Source of the DNA: Polyangiaceae bacterium
Lineage (GTDB): Bacteria; Myxococcota_A; Polyangia; Polyangiales; Polyangiaceae
DNA length: 64,000 nucleotides
Direction: 5' to 3'
Assembly (NCBI GenBank): GCA_033763455.1
Contig: JANRKO010000028.1
Span: 181,705-245,704 of the forward strand
Shown here: positions 18,162-26,862 of the stretch, piece by piece
Layout of the letters: each line of letters starts with the position of its first letter
How positions within the stretch are numbered: the stretch's first letter is position 1
Position numbers and translations under genes: made by a program
Notes under the pieces: model-generated
The model's database searches: none
What the model saw: only the letters and a program-made list of their open reading frames with translations
What the model was told of the DNA's origin: nothing

Positions 18162-18276
18162 TTAATCTTTCCGTGATGGCTTCTGCCTGTCAATGTATTG
18201 CAGCCTTACTTCTTGAAGTGCCAAGTGGCAATGCAGCGGGATGGCTATTCCTCAGCTTTTCTGCGACTCCGTGAAC

Positions 18277-18957
18277 TCACGCCGGGGGGCCGATTTCTGT
18301 CACTCCGGTAGCGCCAGCGACAATCAAAAGGTCCGCCCGAGCTACGAAAAGCCCCGTGGAAACGACGCCTGGGATCTCCAGGAGACTGCGATCAAGATCA
18401 GCCGGAGCCGCGATCGGCTGGACGGCGAGGTCGTAGAGCAGGTTGCCGGAGTCCGTTACGACCGGCGCGCCGTTCTTCTCGCGTAGGCGCGGCGCCCCAA
18501 AAACCTCCAAGCGCTCCCTCGTGGTCTCATGCCCGAACGGGAGAACTTCCACTGGCACAGCCCACTTTTCCCCCAAGCGCCGGCTCAGCTTCGTTTCGTC
18601 GACCACGATAATGTTCTTAGCCGACGCGTAGTTCACAATCTTCTCGCGTGTGTGAGCGGCGCCTCCGCCCTTGATCAAATCGAGCGTATCGCTCACCTCA
18701 TCTGCACCATCGACCGTGACATGTGGGTGCCAAGGCCCAGCATCGGCCAGAAGTGGAATGCCGAGTGAAGTCGCAAGCCGCCGGCTAGCCTCGCTCGTAG
18801 CAACCCCAACAAGTTCACGCCCGCCTTTGATAGCGCGCGCAACCCCTTCAATGAAGTACTTCACCGTCGACCCCGTCCCCAGGCCAACGCACCCCTTCTC
18901 AGGCAAATGCAACAGAGCGCGTTCCGCAGCTAACCGCTTGGCTTCTTCAACGTCCAT
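18277..18957 (-). CDS. rpiA: Ribose-5-phosphate isomerase A
   Basis: GLGTGST, DGADEV, LIKGGGAAHTREKIV, VVDETK, VPVEVLP, TDSGN, IPGVVSTGLF. Confidence 0.97.
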   Translation of the reverse strand: MDVEEAKRLAAERALLHLPEKGCVGLGTGSTVKYFIEGVARAIKGGRELVGVATSEASRRLATSLGIPLLADAGPWHPHVTVDGADEVSDTLDLIKGGGAAHTREKIVNYASAKNIIVVDETKLSRRLGEKWAVPVEVLPFGHETTRERLEVFGAPRLREKNGAPVVTDSGNLLYDLAVQPIAAPADLDRSLLEIPGVVSTGLFVARADLLIVAGATGVTEIGPPA

Positions 18958-19025
18958 CGGGGGAGCGTAGCCTTTCCCTCAGCATTTTTGCGAGCCCCCT
19001 CTAGCCTCGCGTTTCCGCTCGGCTC

Positions 19026-19064
19026 GTCTCCCCCCGGCAGATCGCTTCGCTGTGCGGGGGAGAC
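19026..19064. repeat. GC-rich inverted repeat (terminator- or REP-like hairpin)
   Basis: GTCTCCCCC (19026-19034) / GGGGGAGAC (19056-19064). Confidence 0.55.
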
Positions 19065-19108
19065 CACAACCTTGCGGCAAGGCACCAGCACGAAATGGGG
19101 CACGCACA

Positions 19109-19259
19109 CTTCGGGGAATGGGAGGGGATGTCGCCGTGGAGGTTAGGGGGGGTGCTCTTGTGGGGGATGCTTAGCATACGAAGTACCTTGGATTACGCCG
19201 TGAAGGGGCTGTTGCCTTCGGGGAATGGGAGGGGATTGTAGCCGTGGAGGTTAGGGGGC
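19109..19259. repeat. Two ~43-bp G-rich direct repeats, 107-bp period
   Basis: CTTCGGGGAATGGGAGGGGATGTCGCCGTGGAGGTTAGGGGGG (19109-19151) and CTTCGGGGAATGGGAGGGGATTGTAGCCGTGGAGGTTAGGGGGC (19216-19259). Confidence 0.85.
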
Positions 19260-19271
19260 TGCCAGCGGAAG

Positions 19272-20219
19272 TTAGCGCTGGCACTTAGGGCAAAAGTGCG
19301 TGGAGCGCTGCCCCAGTACTTCACGGGCGATAGGCCCGCCACATTCGGAACACGGCTCGCCTTCGCGGCCGTACACGGCGAAAGTTTGCTGAAACCCACC
19401 GCCTTCGCCGTCCGGATGTAGGTAATCGCTAATGCTCGACCCCCCGAGCTCGATAGATTTTGCCAGTATGGCCTGGACGTTGGTGGCGAGAAAGTTAACT
19501 TGAGAGCGGGAATAGCTGCGTGCGGCGCGAGTGGGGCGAAGCTTAGAAAGAAAGAGCGCTTCGTCGGCATAGATGTTGCCAACTCCTGCCAATACGCCTT
19601 GGTCCAAGAGCACGGATTTTATGGGAGCAGAACGTTTGCGCATCTTCTCAAAGAGTTGCGCCCCTGTTACCTCCAACGCATCCACGCCCAACTTTTTCAG
19701 TCGCGGGTCAAGAACGCCCGGCTTGAGCCAGCGACATTTGCCAAATTTTCGTACGTCGCGAAACGCGATGCTGGGCCCACGATCGGCGAATTCAAGCACT
19801 AGGTGTACGTGGGGATCGGGCGTCGCCACCTTGGGTGTACGGGTCAGCTCAGGTCGGTATGCGCGGCTCAAGAGCGACTGCCGTGTTTCTTTTTTATGAG
19901 CATTCGTACGCCCGGTGCTTGTAGCGGCATGTTTCGGTGTCGAGGTATGTCTCGGCGTCATGGCCCCTTGCACCAAGAGTTGCCCGGTCATTCCTAGGTG
20001 CCAGAGCAGCGTGCTTCCGTCATCGAGCTGAGATATTAGGTATTTCCCGTGGCGTTTGAGCGTTCTAACCGTACGCCCTTCCAGCTTCTCTATTAAAGTT
20101 TTCGGTGGAGTGAGAAAGAAATAGCTTGGCTTGCCGGTCCTTACCGCAGAGATTTTGCGTCCCTCCAGCAACGGCGCGAGCTTTCGCCGAACAATCTCAA
20201 CCTCGGGGAGTTCTGGCAC
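19272..20219 (-). CDS. mutM: Formamidopyrimidine-DNA glycosylase (Fpg)
   Basis: MPELPEVE, RHGKYL, HLGMTG, DVRKFG, LLDQGVLAGVGNIYADEALF, C-terminal zinc finger CSEC...RSTHFCPKCQ. Confidence 0.97.
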   Translation of the reverse strand: MPELPEVEIVRRKLAPLLEGRKISAVRTGKPSYFFLTPPKTLIEKLEGRTVRTLKRHGKYLISQLDDGSTLLWHLGMTGQLLVQGAMTPRHTSTPKHAATSTGRTNAHKKETRQSLLSRAYRPELTRTPKVATPDPHVHLVLEFADRGPSIAFRDVRKFGKCRWLKPGVLDPRLKKLGVDALEVTGAQLFEKMRKRSAPIKSVLLDQGVLAGVGNIYADEALFLSKLRPTRAARSYSRSQVNFLATNVQAILAKSIELGGSSISDYLHPDGEGGGFQQTFAVYGREGEPCSECGGPIAREVLGQRSTHFCPKCQR

Positions 20220-20220
20220 C

Positions 20221-21585
20221 TCACTGCCCCTTTGGGTTGGCTGAGGTAGCAGGGGGCTGCGGGATGGTCGGGTTGGCGGAGTTGGCTTGGGGCGAGGGAT
20301 TGCCCAAAGGTGTGACGTAGAAGAAATCTCGGATGGAGCGCTTTCTCAGGTATTCGTCCTCAGAGAATTCAAAGCCGGGCGCAAGGGCAACCGCCAAGCG
20401 TTTCGGATCGCTGCCGTTTCGTTCGAACAGAACGAACTTGGGATAAGACCAATTGACGTCCATTTGGAGCACCGTAGGGGCACCAACGTGAAGCATGCCG
20501 CGCGCCAAAACCGGCGCTGTGGTGTGGTTAGTGATGGCAAAGTACAAGATCTTTCCGCTTTCATCCAAGGCCACGGCGGATCGGCGAATCACCGTTTCGC
20601 CGTCGAGCGTGGCGCCCCACTTTCGGGCATGAGATGCCAGAAGGCCCGGATGCAGCTTTCCGTTTTCGACCATGCATTCCGGCCCCTGGCGGTACCAAAT
20701 GGCATCTGCGACAGTCGCGCTAAATTTTGAAAACGTGCCGATGCTGTAGCGGCCGTCTTTGTAGGCGAAAAGGGCACATCCGTTGTCCCTCGGAGTCACG
20801 ATGGTTACCCCGTCGGTGAACATTCCCCAGCCACCATGCTCTGTCATGAAGCCGCCATTGAAAGCCGCGAGCACCCTAGAGTGCTCACTTTCGGGCACTT
20901 TCGCTAGGCGCTGATAGCTCTCAGCGGCTTTGTTGTTAGCTTGTGGTTCCTTAGAACCAGCCACTAGGTGTACCTTCACCGCTCGAAGATCGATCGCCAC
21001 CACAAAGAGCTCCGCCCACGAGCGACTTTCGTCGGGATGAAGGAGCGTCTTCCACAGGCGCGGAGAGCCACCCGCGGGATCGGGCAAGGGCACCCATTCA
21101 CCATCGCCGGGAGCTGACCAGGACTTGTGCATGGGCCCGACGTCTTTCGGACGAAAATCAGGCACCACTGCACGCTCGGAGCTGTTGCCGGCGCCAGCTA
21201 GCCCCCCGCCGAGTTCTGTAGCTCCGGCACCACCGGTTGCGTTCTTAGCGGCCCGTGACCCGTTCTGCGCCAGCGAATGCGTAGGGTTCTGCGAAGGCAC
21301 CGCCCAATACGCCTGGGGGCGTTCCGCGCTTCGACGCAAGCGGTTCACGCGATCTTCGATGCCGTAAACAAAGTCTTCAAGCTTGGCGACGTTGTCGACA
21401 CCGATGAGCGAGCGCAGCGTATTGGCCACAAGTGGCCCAGCCCAGTCAAAGGTGTGCACGGCCACCCAGAGCGCGGCTACCGCGCCCAAGCTTGCGGCAA
21501 ACAATATCGAAAACAAGCGACCCCAACGGCGGCGACGGCGTGGGGAGGAGGGAGAGGCAGTCGGCATTGGACCGGGCGTATCCAC
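20221..21585 (-). CDS. Phosphodiester glycosidase (NAGPA/DUF2233-like) membrane-anchored protein
   Basis: N-terminal TM anchor; LAAFNGGF, RRSAVAL, LQMDVN. Confidence 0.65.
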   Translation of the reverse strand: MDTPGPMPTASPSSPRRRRRWGRLFSILFAASLGAVAALWVAVHTFDWAGPLVANTLRSLIGVDNVAKLEDFVYGIEDRVNRLRRSAERPQAYWAVPSQNPTHSLAQNGSRAAKNATGGAGATELGGGLAGAGNSSERAVVPDFRPKDVGPMHKSWSAPGDGEWVPLPDPAGGSPRLWKTLLHPDESRSWAELFVVAIDLRAVKVHLVAGSKEPQANNKAAESYQRLAKVPESEHSRVLAAFNGGFMTEHGGWGMFTDGVTIVTPRDNGCALFAYKDGRYSIGTFSKFSATVADAIWYRQGPECMVENGKLHPGLLASHARKWGATLDGETVIRRSAVALDESGKILYFAITNHTTAPVLARGMLHVGAPTVLQMDVNWSYPKFVLFERNGSDPKRLAVALAPGFEFSEDEYLRKRSIRDFFYVTPLGNPSPQANSANPTIPQPPATSANPKGQ

Positions 21586-21739
21586 GTGGGTGAGGCCGGC
21601 TAGCGTAGTCTTCGCCGGTCAGAAAGGCCCATTTGTTTGGGTGCTTTTGGGCCCTCGGTGGGACCCGGCGGTTTTTCACGCTCCTGAAGGAGCGCTCGCC
21701 GCTTTTCTGCCCTGGCGGAGCGTGTTCTAAGGATCCGCA

Positions 21740-24700
21740 ATGTGGGCATCCGTTCGGCCTGCCGTGGTCCTCTTGGTCCTCTCGGTCCTTGCTTTTGGCA
21801 GGCCAGTGCGAGCTCAAGCGCCCCAGGTGGAAGCCAGCCCGTCGGGATCCCGGCTCGTTACCGTGCCCACGCTCCGCCCACTTCAGGCGGAAGGCGCCCT
21901 TCTGGGCCAGCCCATCGCACGCATTGAGATTGTCAGCGCGAATCCGAAGTGGTTCACCGCCAAGGCTCTGCGTTACGTGAAGGTTGGCGAGAGCTTGACG
22001 CCGGCGGTGGCACGACGCGCCTTGCGTGAATTGCTCACCACGGGTCGGTATGCGGAGGCTGGAGCGGAAGCAGAGATGGCTCCTGAAGGCGTGGTGTTGC
22101 GGCTGTGTGTGGTGCCCCGGCGCATCGTGGGTAGTCTGAAACTGCGTGGTCCACTTTTGGACGACGACGAAATCAAGGAGGCGACGGCTGTCAGCGTGGG
22201 TAGCGAAATTACCTGGGCCGATCTTGCGGGGATTCGCGAGAAGGTGCGCGCGCATTATGCCACCCGGGGGTTTCCAGCGGCTCGCGTGGACGTGGAAGCT
22301 CTCGATACCGACGATCCGTTGCGCGTTTCGCTTGTGTTGAGCGTAGCCACAGGCAAAGCACGAACGGTCAGAAGTCGTGTTTTTCTTGTGGAACCAAAAA
22401 GCGCTCAGGCAGAGGTGAGTGCCATTCTTGGGCACTATGCGGTCGCCGTTGGCGATCGGTTGGATTCCTCACTCGTGGAGCAGGCGGATACAGCGCTCTC
22501 TAAGGATTTGGTGCTGGCAGGTTGGCACAATGCCAAGGTGACGCATTCTCTCGGTGCCGACGGCGCGGCTCTTAGAATCAGCGTTCAGTTGGGCCGTCGT
22601 GCGGTTATTGAGTTCGAGGGGAACAGCACCTTCGACGCTTCGCAGTTATTGGCGGCGCTCGACCTGGAGGAACGCGAAGACAGGCAGCCAGAAAGCCTCA
22701 GGCAACGTCTGGCGGATTTCTATGTGCGGCGTGGGTTCTGGGATGCCAACGTAGAAATTTTTCTCGAAACGCGAGGCAGTGCCACGGCGGTGGCGTATCG
22801 TTTCCGGATAGTGGAAGGAGTCCCGCTTCGCGTAAGCTCGCGCGTGTACCCATGCCTTACGGGAGCACGCACCGGTGAACAGTTAGACGCGGAGATCAAT
22901 AGCTTCTTAGTTGAAGATCTACCCGGCCCGGGCCTCTATACAGCCGTGAATTCGCGTTCGCTCGACGCACTGATTGGACCGAAGAACGCCGGGGGCGAAC
23001 GTCCGAGGGCCTACCGACCCAACCCCGTTGATACCTATGTGCCCGAGGTGTACGACCGTGCGTTAAAACACGTGCAGGGGCTCTATCGTTCAGCGGGCTA
23101 CCTTTCGGCAACGGTGGGGCCATTGCAGTTGATGCGCCGTCGGTGTGCGCCGGGTTCAACACCTTCGCAGTGCCGCCCGCTCAAAGAACAAACTCTCGCC
23201 GCCGCGATCTGTTCCTTCGATGAACGGGGTCTCCCGTTAGAGCAGCCTCCGGTTTCAGATGCGAGCGCCTGCCGTGTGAACTTAAAGACGGGTGTTCTGT
23301 GCGAGGCGGCTGCTGTGCTTTCTATTCCCATCAAGTTGGGGCCATTGACCACCGTTTACGACGTCTCGTTTGAGGGGAATCGAACGCTCACCGAGCAGGT
23401 GCTCGCTTTAAATGCTGGGGTAAAGGTCGGGGAGCCTGCCTCTCAGTCCCTCTTGGACGCGGCTCGTGCGCGCTTGCTTGAGCTTTATGCCGAGGAGGGG
23501 TTTGCGTTCGCTGACATCGAAACGAACCTTGATCTATCCGTGGACCAGACGCGCGCCCGCGTTCGCTTTAGTGTGATCGAGCGCGAACGTGTACGCGTCG
23601 CTCGAATTGTGGTGAAGGGTGCTCGCCTCACCAATGAAAACCTTATCCGTGGTCGAATCGCGCTTGTGCCAGGCGAGCTCTATCGAAGAACCTTGGTTCG
23701 ACAAACGGAGGAGCGCTTAGCGACGCTCGGCGTGTTTTCTTCGGTTACTGTGGGTTTTGAGGATCCGGAGGTATTCGCGCGCGACAAAGTGGTGGTGGTT
23801 GAAGTTGCCGAGCGTACGCCTCAATACTTGGAGCCGCAGTTTGGATTTAGCTCCGGTGAAGGTTTTCGCGGGACCTTGGAGTATGGGCATCGAAATCTCG
23901 GAGGGCAAGCCATTCAGCTCACCCTGCGCGCACGGCTCAACTACCTTCCAGATGGGCTCATCTTAGAGCCCGACGTGCGACGCAAACGCCCGGCAGGTAT
24001 CGCCAAGCAACTAGAGCGGAACAATTCCTTGGTATTTCTCCTGCCAGAAGTGGGCCTCGGGCCCCTGTTCGGGCTCAGCCTCGAAGGGATCGATCTACGA
24101 GATAACGCGAGGGATTACGGCCTCGTTAAGGATGCGGGTATCATAAACTTAGGTTATCGTCCTTCGCTCCGTGTCTCAGCTCAAGTGGGTGGGTCTTTGG
24201 AGTTCAACGACGCAACCATCTTTTTCGATGGTGATAGCGACGCAGAAAAGCAGCGTTTGAGCGACTTTATTCGAGCCAATCCGAGCCAGCGGGACCGCTT
24301 TCGTGTGCCCCAGGGCGAAACGCGTGCGCTTACCGAACGGATAGCGTTTCGCTGGGACAGACGCGATACCCCGCTCGACGCCACCTCCGGAACACTCACG
24401 TCGGTGGACGTGGAACACGTAAACGCAACTCCGATTGGTGAACGTGCATCTACGAACGCGGCTCCAGCCGGAGGCCAGACCGCTGTGGACCCGTTTGAAT
24501 CTTCCCGCGGAGATTTTTTTCGCATCACACAGCGCACTGCAGGCTATCTGCGGTTAAATGATTCGGGGTTGGCACTGGCCCTCAGCCTCGGTTGGGGCGT
24601 AGTGGTGCACACGAACTCGACATCGCAGACGTACCCTGATCGCCTCTTTTTCATGGGTGGCGTGGATTCTATTCGCGGCTTCCCCCAAGATTCTGTCGTC

Positions 24701-25069
24701 CCCGAAGACGTGGCACGGCGCGTGGTAACAACGGATAGCAACGCGGGGAGCCAAAGTGGGAAGCTGACACTGCGCGACGTCGTGATTCGGGGTGGGGACA
24801 TCTTTGTCAATCCACGGAGCGAACTCAGAATACCGCTTACCGGAAGTCTCAAGACTGCTATTTTTATCGACACCGGCAACGTCTGGACGGCGCCTGTCGA
24901 AGTTCTGCGCGCGCCCAGCTTGCGCTACAGCGTTGGCACGGGCCTGCGCGTAGCCACACCCGTTGGGCCTCTGGTGTTTGACTACGGGGTGAATCTTGAG
25001 CGCCTTTTTGGGAGTCGCCGACCATGGGAAGATGTCGGCGCTTTTAATTTCAGCATTGGTGTGTTCTGA
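21740..25069 (+). CDS. Omp85 family (BamA/TamA-like) outer-membrane protein with multiple POTRA domains
   Basis: Signal peptide; POTRA motifs IEFEGN, VSFEGNRTL, YAEEGF, LATLGVFSSV. Barrel motifs RDTPLDATSG, FFMGGVDSIRGF, GTGLRVATPVGPLVFDYG, and terminal FSIGVF. Confidence 0.9.
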   Translation: MWASVRPAVVLLVLSVLAFGRPVRAQAPQVEASPSGSRLVTVPTLRPLQAEGALLGQPIARIEIVSANPKWFTAKALRYVKVGESLTPAVARRALRELLTTGRYAEAGAEAEMAPEGVVLRLCVVPRRIVGSLKLRGPLLDDDEIKEATAVSVGSEITWADLAGIREKVRAHYATRGFPAARVDVEALDTDDPLRVSLVLSVATGKARTVRSRVFLVEPKSAQAEVSAILGHYAVAVGDRLDSSLVEQADTALSKDLVLAGWHNAKVTHSLGADGAALRISVQLGRRAVIEFEGNSTFDASQLLAALDLEEREDRQPESLRQRLADFYVRRGFWDANVEIFLETRGSATAVAYRFRIVEGVPLRVSSRVYPCLTGARTGEQLDAEINSFLVEDLPGPGLYTAVNSRSLDALIGPKNAGGERPRAYRPNPVDTYVPEVYDRALKHVQGLYRSAGYLSATVGPLQLMRRRCAPGSTPSQCRPLKEQTLAAAICSFDERGLPLEQPPVSDASACRVNLKTGVLCEAAAVLSIPIKLGPLTTVYDVSFEGNRTLTEQVLALNAGVKVGEPASQSLLDAARARLLELYAEEGFAFADIETNLDLSVDQTRARVRFSVIERERVRVARIVVKGARLTNENLIRGRIALVPGELYRRTLVRQTEERLATLGVFSSVTVGFEDPEVFARDKVVVVEVAERTPQYLEPQFGFSSGEGFRGTLEYGHRNLGGQAIQLTLRARLNYLPDGLILEPDVRRKRPAGIAKQLERNNSLVFLLPEVGLGPLFGLSLEGIDLRDNARDYGLVKDAGIINLGYRPSLRVSAQVGGSLEFNDATIFFDGDSDAEKQRLSDFIRANPSQRDRFRVPQGETRALTERIAFRWDRRDTPLDATSGTLTSVDVEHVNATPIGERASTNAAPAGGQTAVDPFESSRGDFFRITQRTAGYLRLNDSGLALALSLGWGVVVHTNSTSQTYPDRLFFMGGVDSIRGFPQDSVVPEDVARRVVTTDSNAGSQSGKLTLRDVVIRGGDIFVNPRSELRIPLTGSLKTAIFIDTGNVWTAPVEVLRAPSLRYSVGTGLRVATPVGPLVFDYGVNLERLFGSRRPWEDVGAFNFSIGVF

Positions 25070-25080
25070 CCGTACCCCCC

Positions 25081-26862
25081 GTGACAGAAATCCCCGTTAC
25101 CCTCTGGGGTCAGCTGCGCCGGCAGTCGCCACGCTACGCGCTAGGCGTAGGGCTGCTCGCCGTGTATCAATACTCGCAATATTGGTTCGACACCCGGCTC
25201 CAAGCGGCTGTTGACGCGGGAAGCCACGGCAAGCGGGATGTAGCGCTCGTGTTGGGCGCAGAACTCGCGCTGGTGGCGCTAGGAGCTTTCTTTGTTCGCG
25301 CTTGGTCGCGGGTGGCGATGTTCAACGGTGGGCGAATAGCTGAGTACGAGCTTCGGAAGGCGCTGCTTGAGCGGCTGCACGCCCTAGGGCCATCTTTTTA
25401 TCGTCGCATGAGTACCGGCGAAATCATGAGCCGCGTTACCAATGACCTCGTGCAAGTGCGCATGCTGCTCGGATTTGCAGTGCTCAATCTCGTAAATACG
25501 CTGTTCGGGTTCATTAGCACTTTTTCGGTAATGCTCGGGATTTCTTGGAAGCTCACGCTTGGGTCTTTGGCCACTTTGCCTTTGCTCGTGTTGGTTACCG
25601 TGCGTTTTTCCCAGCAAATGTTCGGGAAAATGCGCGCCAATCAGGAAGCGATTGGCCAGATGAACACGCGCGTTCAATTCAGCATTGCGGGAGTGCGGGT
25701 AGTGCGCGCCTTTGGGTTAGAGCGTAACGAGCAAGCAGAGTTTGAGAAGACAAATCAGGATTACCTGGAGAAGAACCTCAGCCTCGCCAAATTGCGTGGC
25801 TCGATGGGGCCGATCATGCAAGGTATTACTTCGATCGGGATCTTGATCGTTTTTTGGTTTGGTGGGCATTTGATGTTGAAGGGGGAAATTACCGCCGGTG
25901 GCTTTCTGGCTTTTTACCGTGCGCTGGCCCGGCTCAGCTGGCCGCTGATTGCGCTTGGGTTTTTGGTAGGCTTGGTGCAGCGGGGGCGCGCTTCTTATGC
26001 ACGCTTGAAGGACATTTATCTTGCCGTGCCTGATGTCGTTGATGGCACGTTGGCACTCCCCGGGCCGGTGCGTGGGGAGCTCGAAGTGCGCGATCTCAGC
26101 TTTGGCTACGGAGAGGCCAAGATCCTGCGTCATGTGAGTTTCCGGGCGGAAGCTGGCTCTTCGCTTGCTATCGTGGGCCGCACGGGAAGTGGCAAGAGCA
26201 CACTTGCGATCCTTTTGGCACGCCTCGAAGATACGCCACGAGGGAGCGTCTTCCTTGACGGTGTGGACATCTGCGATCTCCCCCTTCCGACGGTGCGGGG
26301 TGCCGTGGGTTACGCCGAGCAAACGGCCTTTCTTTTCTCCACTACAGCCGGACGCAATATTGGCTACGTGTTGCCGGAGCCGGATTCTGAAGCGGGCCTC
26401 AAAACCATTCGCGAAGCAGCCCGTGAAGCGCGTATTTTAGACGAGGTGCTCGGCTTGCCCGATGGGTTTGACACGGTTGTCGGCGAACGCGGTGTGCAGC
26501 TTTCCGGAGGACAGAAGCAACGCATTGCTTTGGCTCGGGCATTTGTTGCCGATGCGAAGGTACTGGTGTTGGACGACCCGCTCAGCGCGGTGGATGCTCG
26601 TACCGAGAAAGCTATCTTAGAGGCAATCGATCGGCAGCGTGCGCGGCGTGGCCTAATTCTCATCACCCACCGTGTTGCTGCGGCTGAACGTTGTGATCAG
26701 ATTTTGGTGATGGATGGTGGTGAAATCGTCGAACGCGGGACCCACGCCGAATTGGCGCGCGCCGGCGGCCTCTACGCTGTCTTTGCTGAAGAACAGCGGA
26801 TCGAGCGCGAGCTTGAAATCTTGAGCCAAGAGGGCACAGAAGCCCAGGCGGTGGGCACGTGA
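25081..26862 (+). CDS. ABC exporter, fused TMD-NBD (MdlA-like)
   Basis: GEIMSRVTND, Walker A GRTGSGKST, VGERGVQLSGGQKQR, LVLDDPLSAVD, ITHR. Confidence 0.93.
   Translation: MTEIPVTLWGQLRRQSPRYALGVGLLAVYQYSQYWFDTRLQAAVDAGSHGKRDVALVLGAELALVALGAFFVRAWSRVAMFNGGRIAEYELRKALLERLHALGPSFYRRMSTGEIMSRVTNDLVQVRMLLGFAVLNLVNTLFGFISTFSVMLGISWKLTLGSLATLPLLVLVTVRFSQQMFGKMRANQEAIGQMNTRVQFSIAGVRVVRAFGLERNEQAEFEKTNQDYLEKNLSLAKLRGSMGPIMQGITSIGILIVFWFGGHLMLKGEITAGGFLAFYRALARLSWPLIALGFLVGLVQRGRASYARLKDIYLAVPDVVDGTLALPGPVRGELEVRDLSFGYGEAKILRHVSFRAEAGSSLAIVGRTGSGKSTLAILLARLEDTPRGSVFLDGVDICDLPLPTVRGAVGYAEQTAFLFSTTAGRNIGYVLPEPDSEAGLKTIREAAREARILDEVLGLPDGFDTVVGERGVQLSGGQKQRIALARAFVADAKVLVLDDPLSAVDARTEKAILEAIDRQRARRGLILITHRVAAAERCDQILVMDGGEIVERGTHAELARAGGLYAVFAEEQRIERELEILSQEGTEAQAVGT

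Noticed and set aside
18198..18224. CIRCE-like site (TTGGCACTT-N9-AGGCTGCAA on the minus strand) upstream of the PP2C gene
   Set aside because: The right half-site matches GAGTGCTAA poorly and the two arms are not complementary.
19109..19259. Mini CRISPR array
   Set aside because: Only two imperfect repeats, a 64-bp spacer, a non-palindromic unit and no cas genes in the window.
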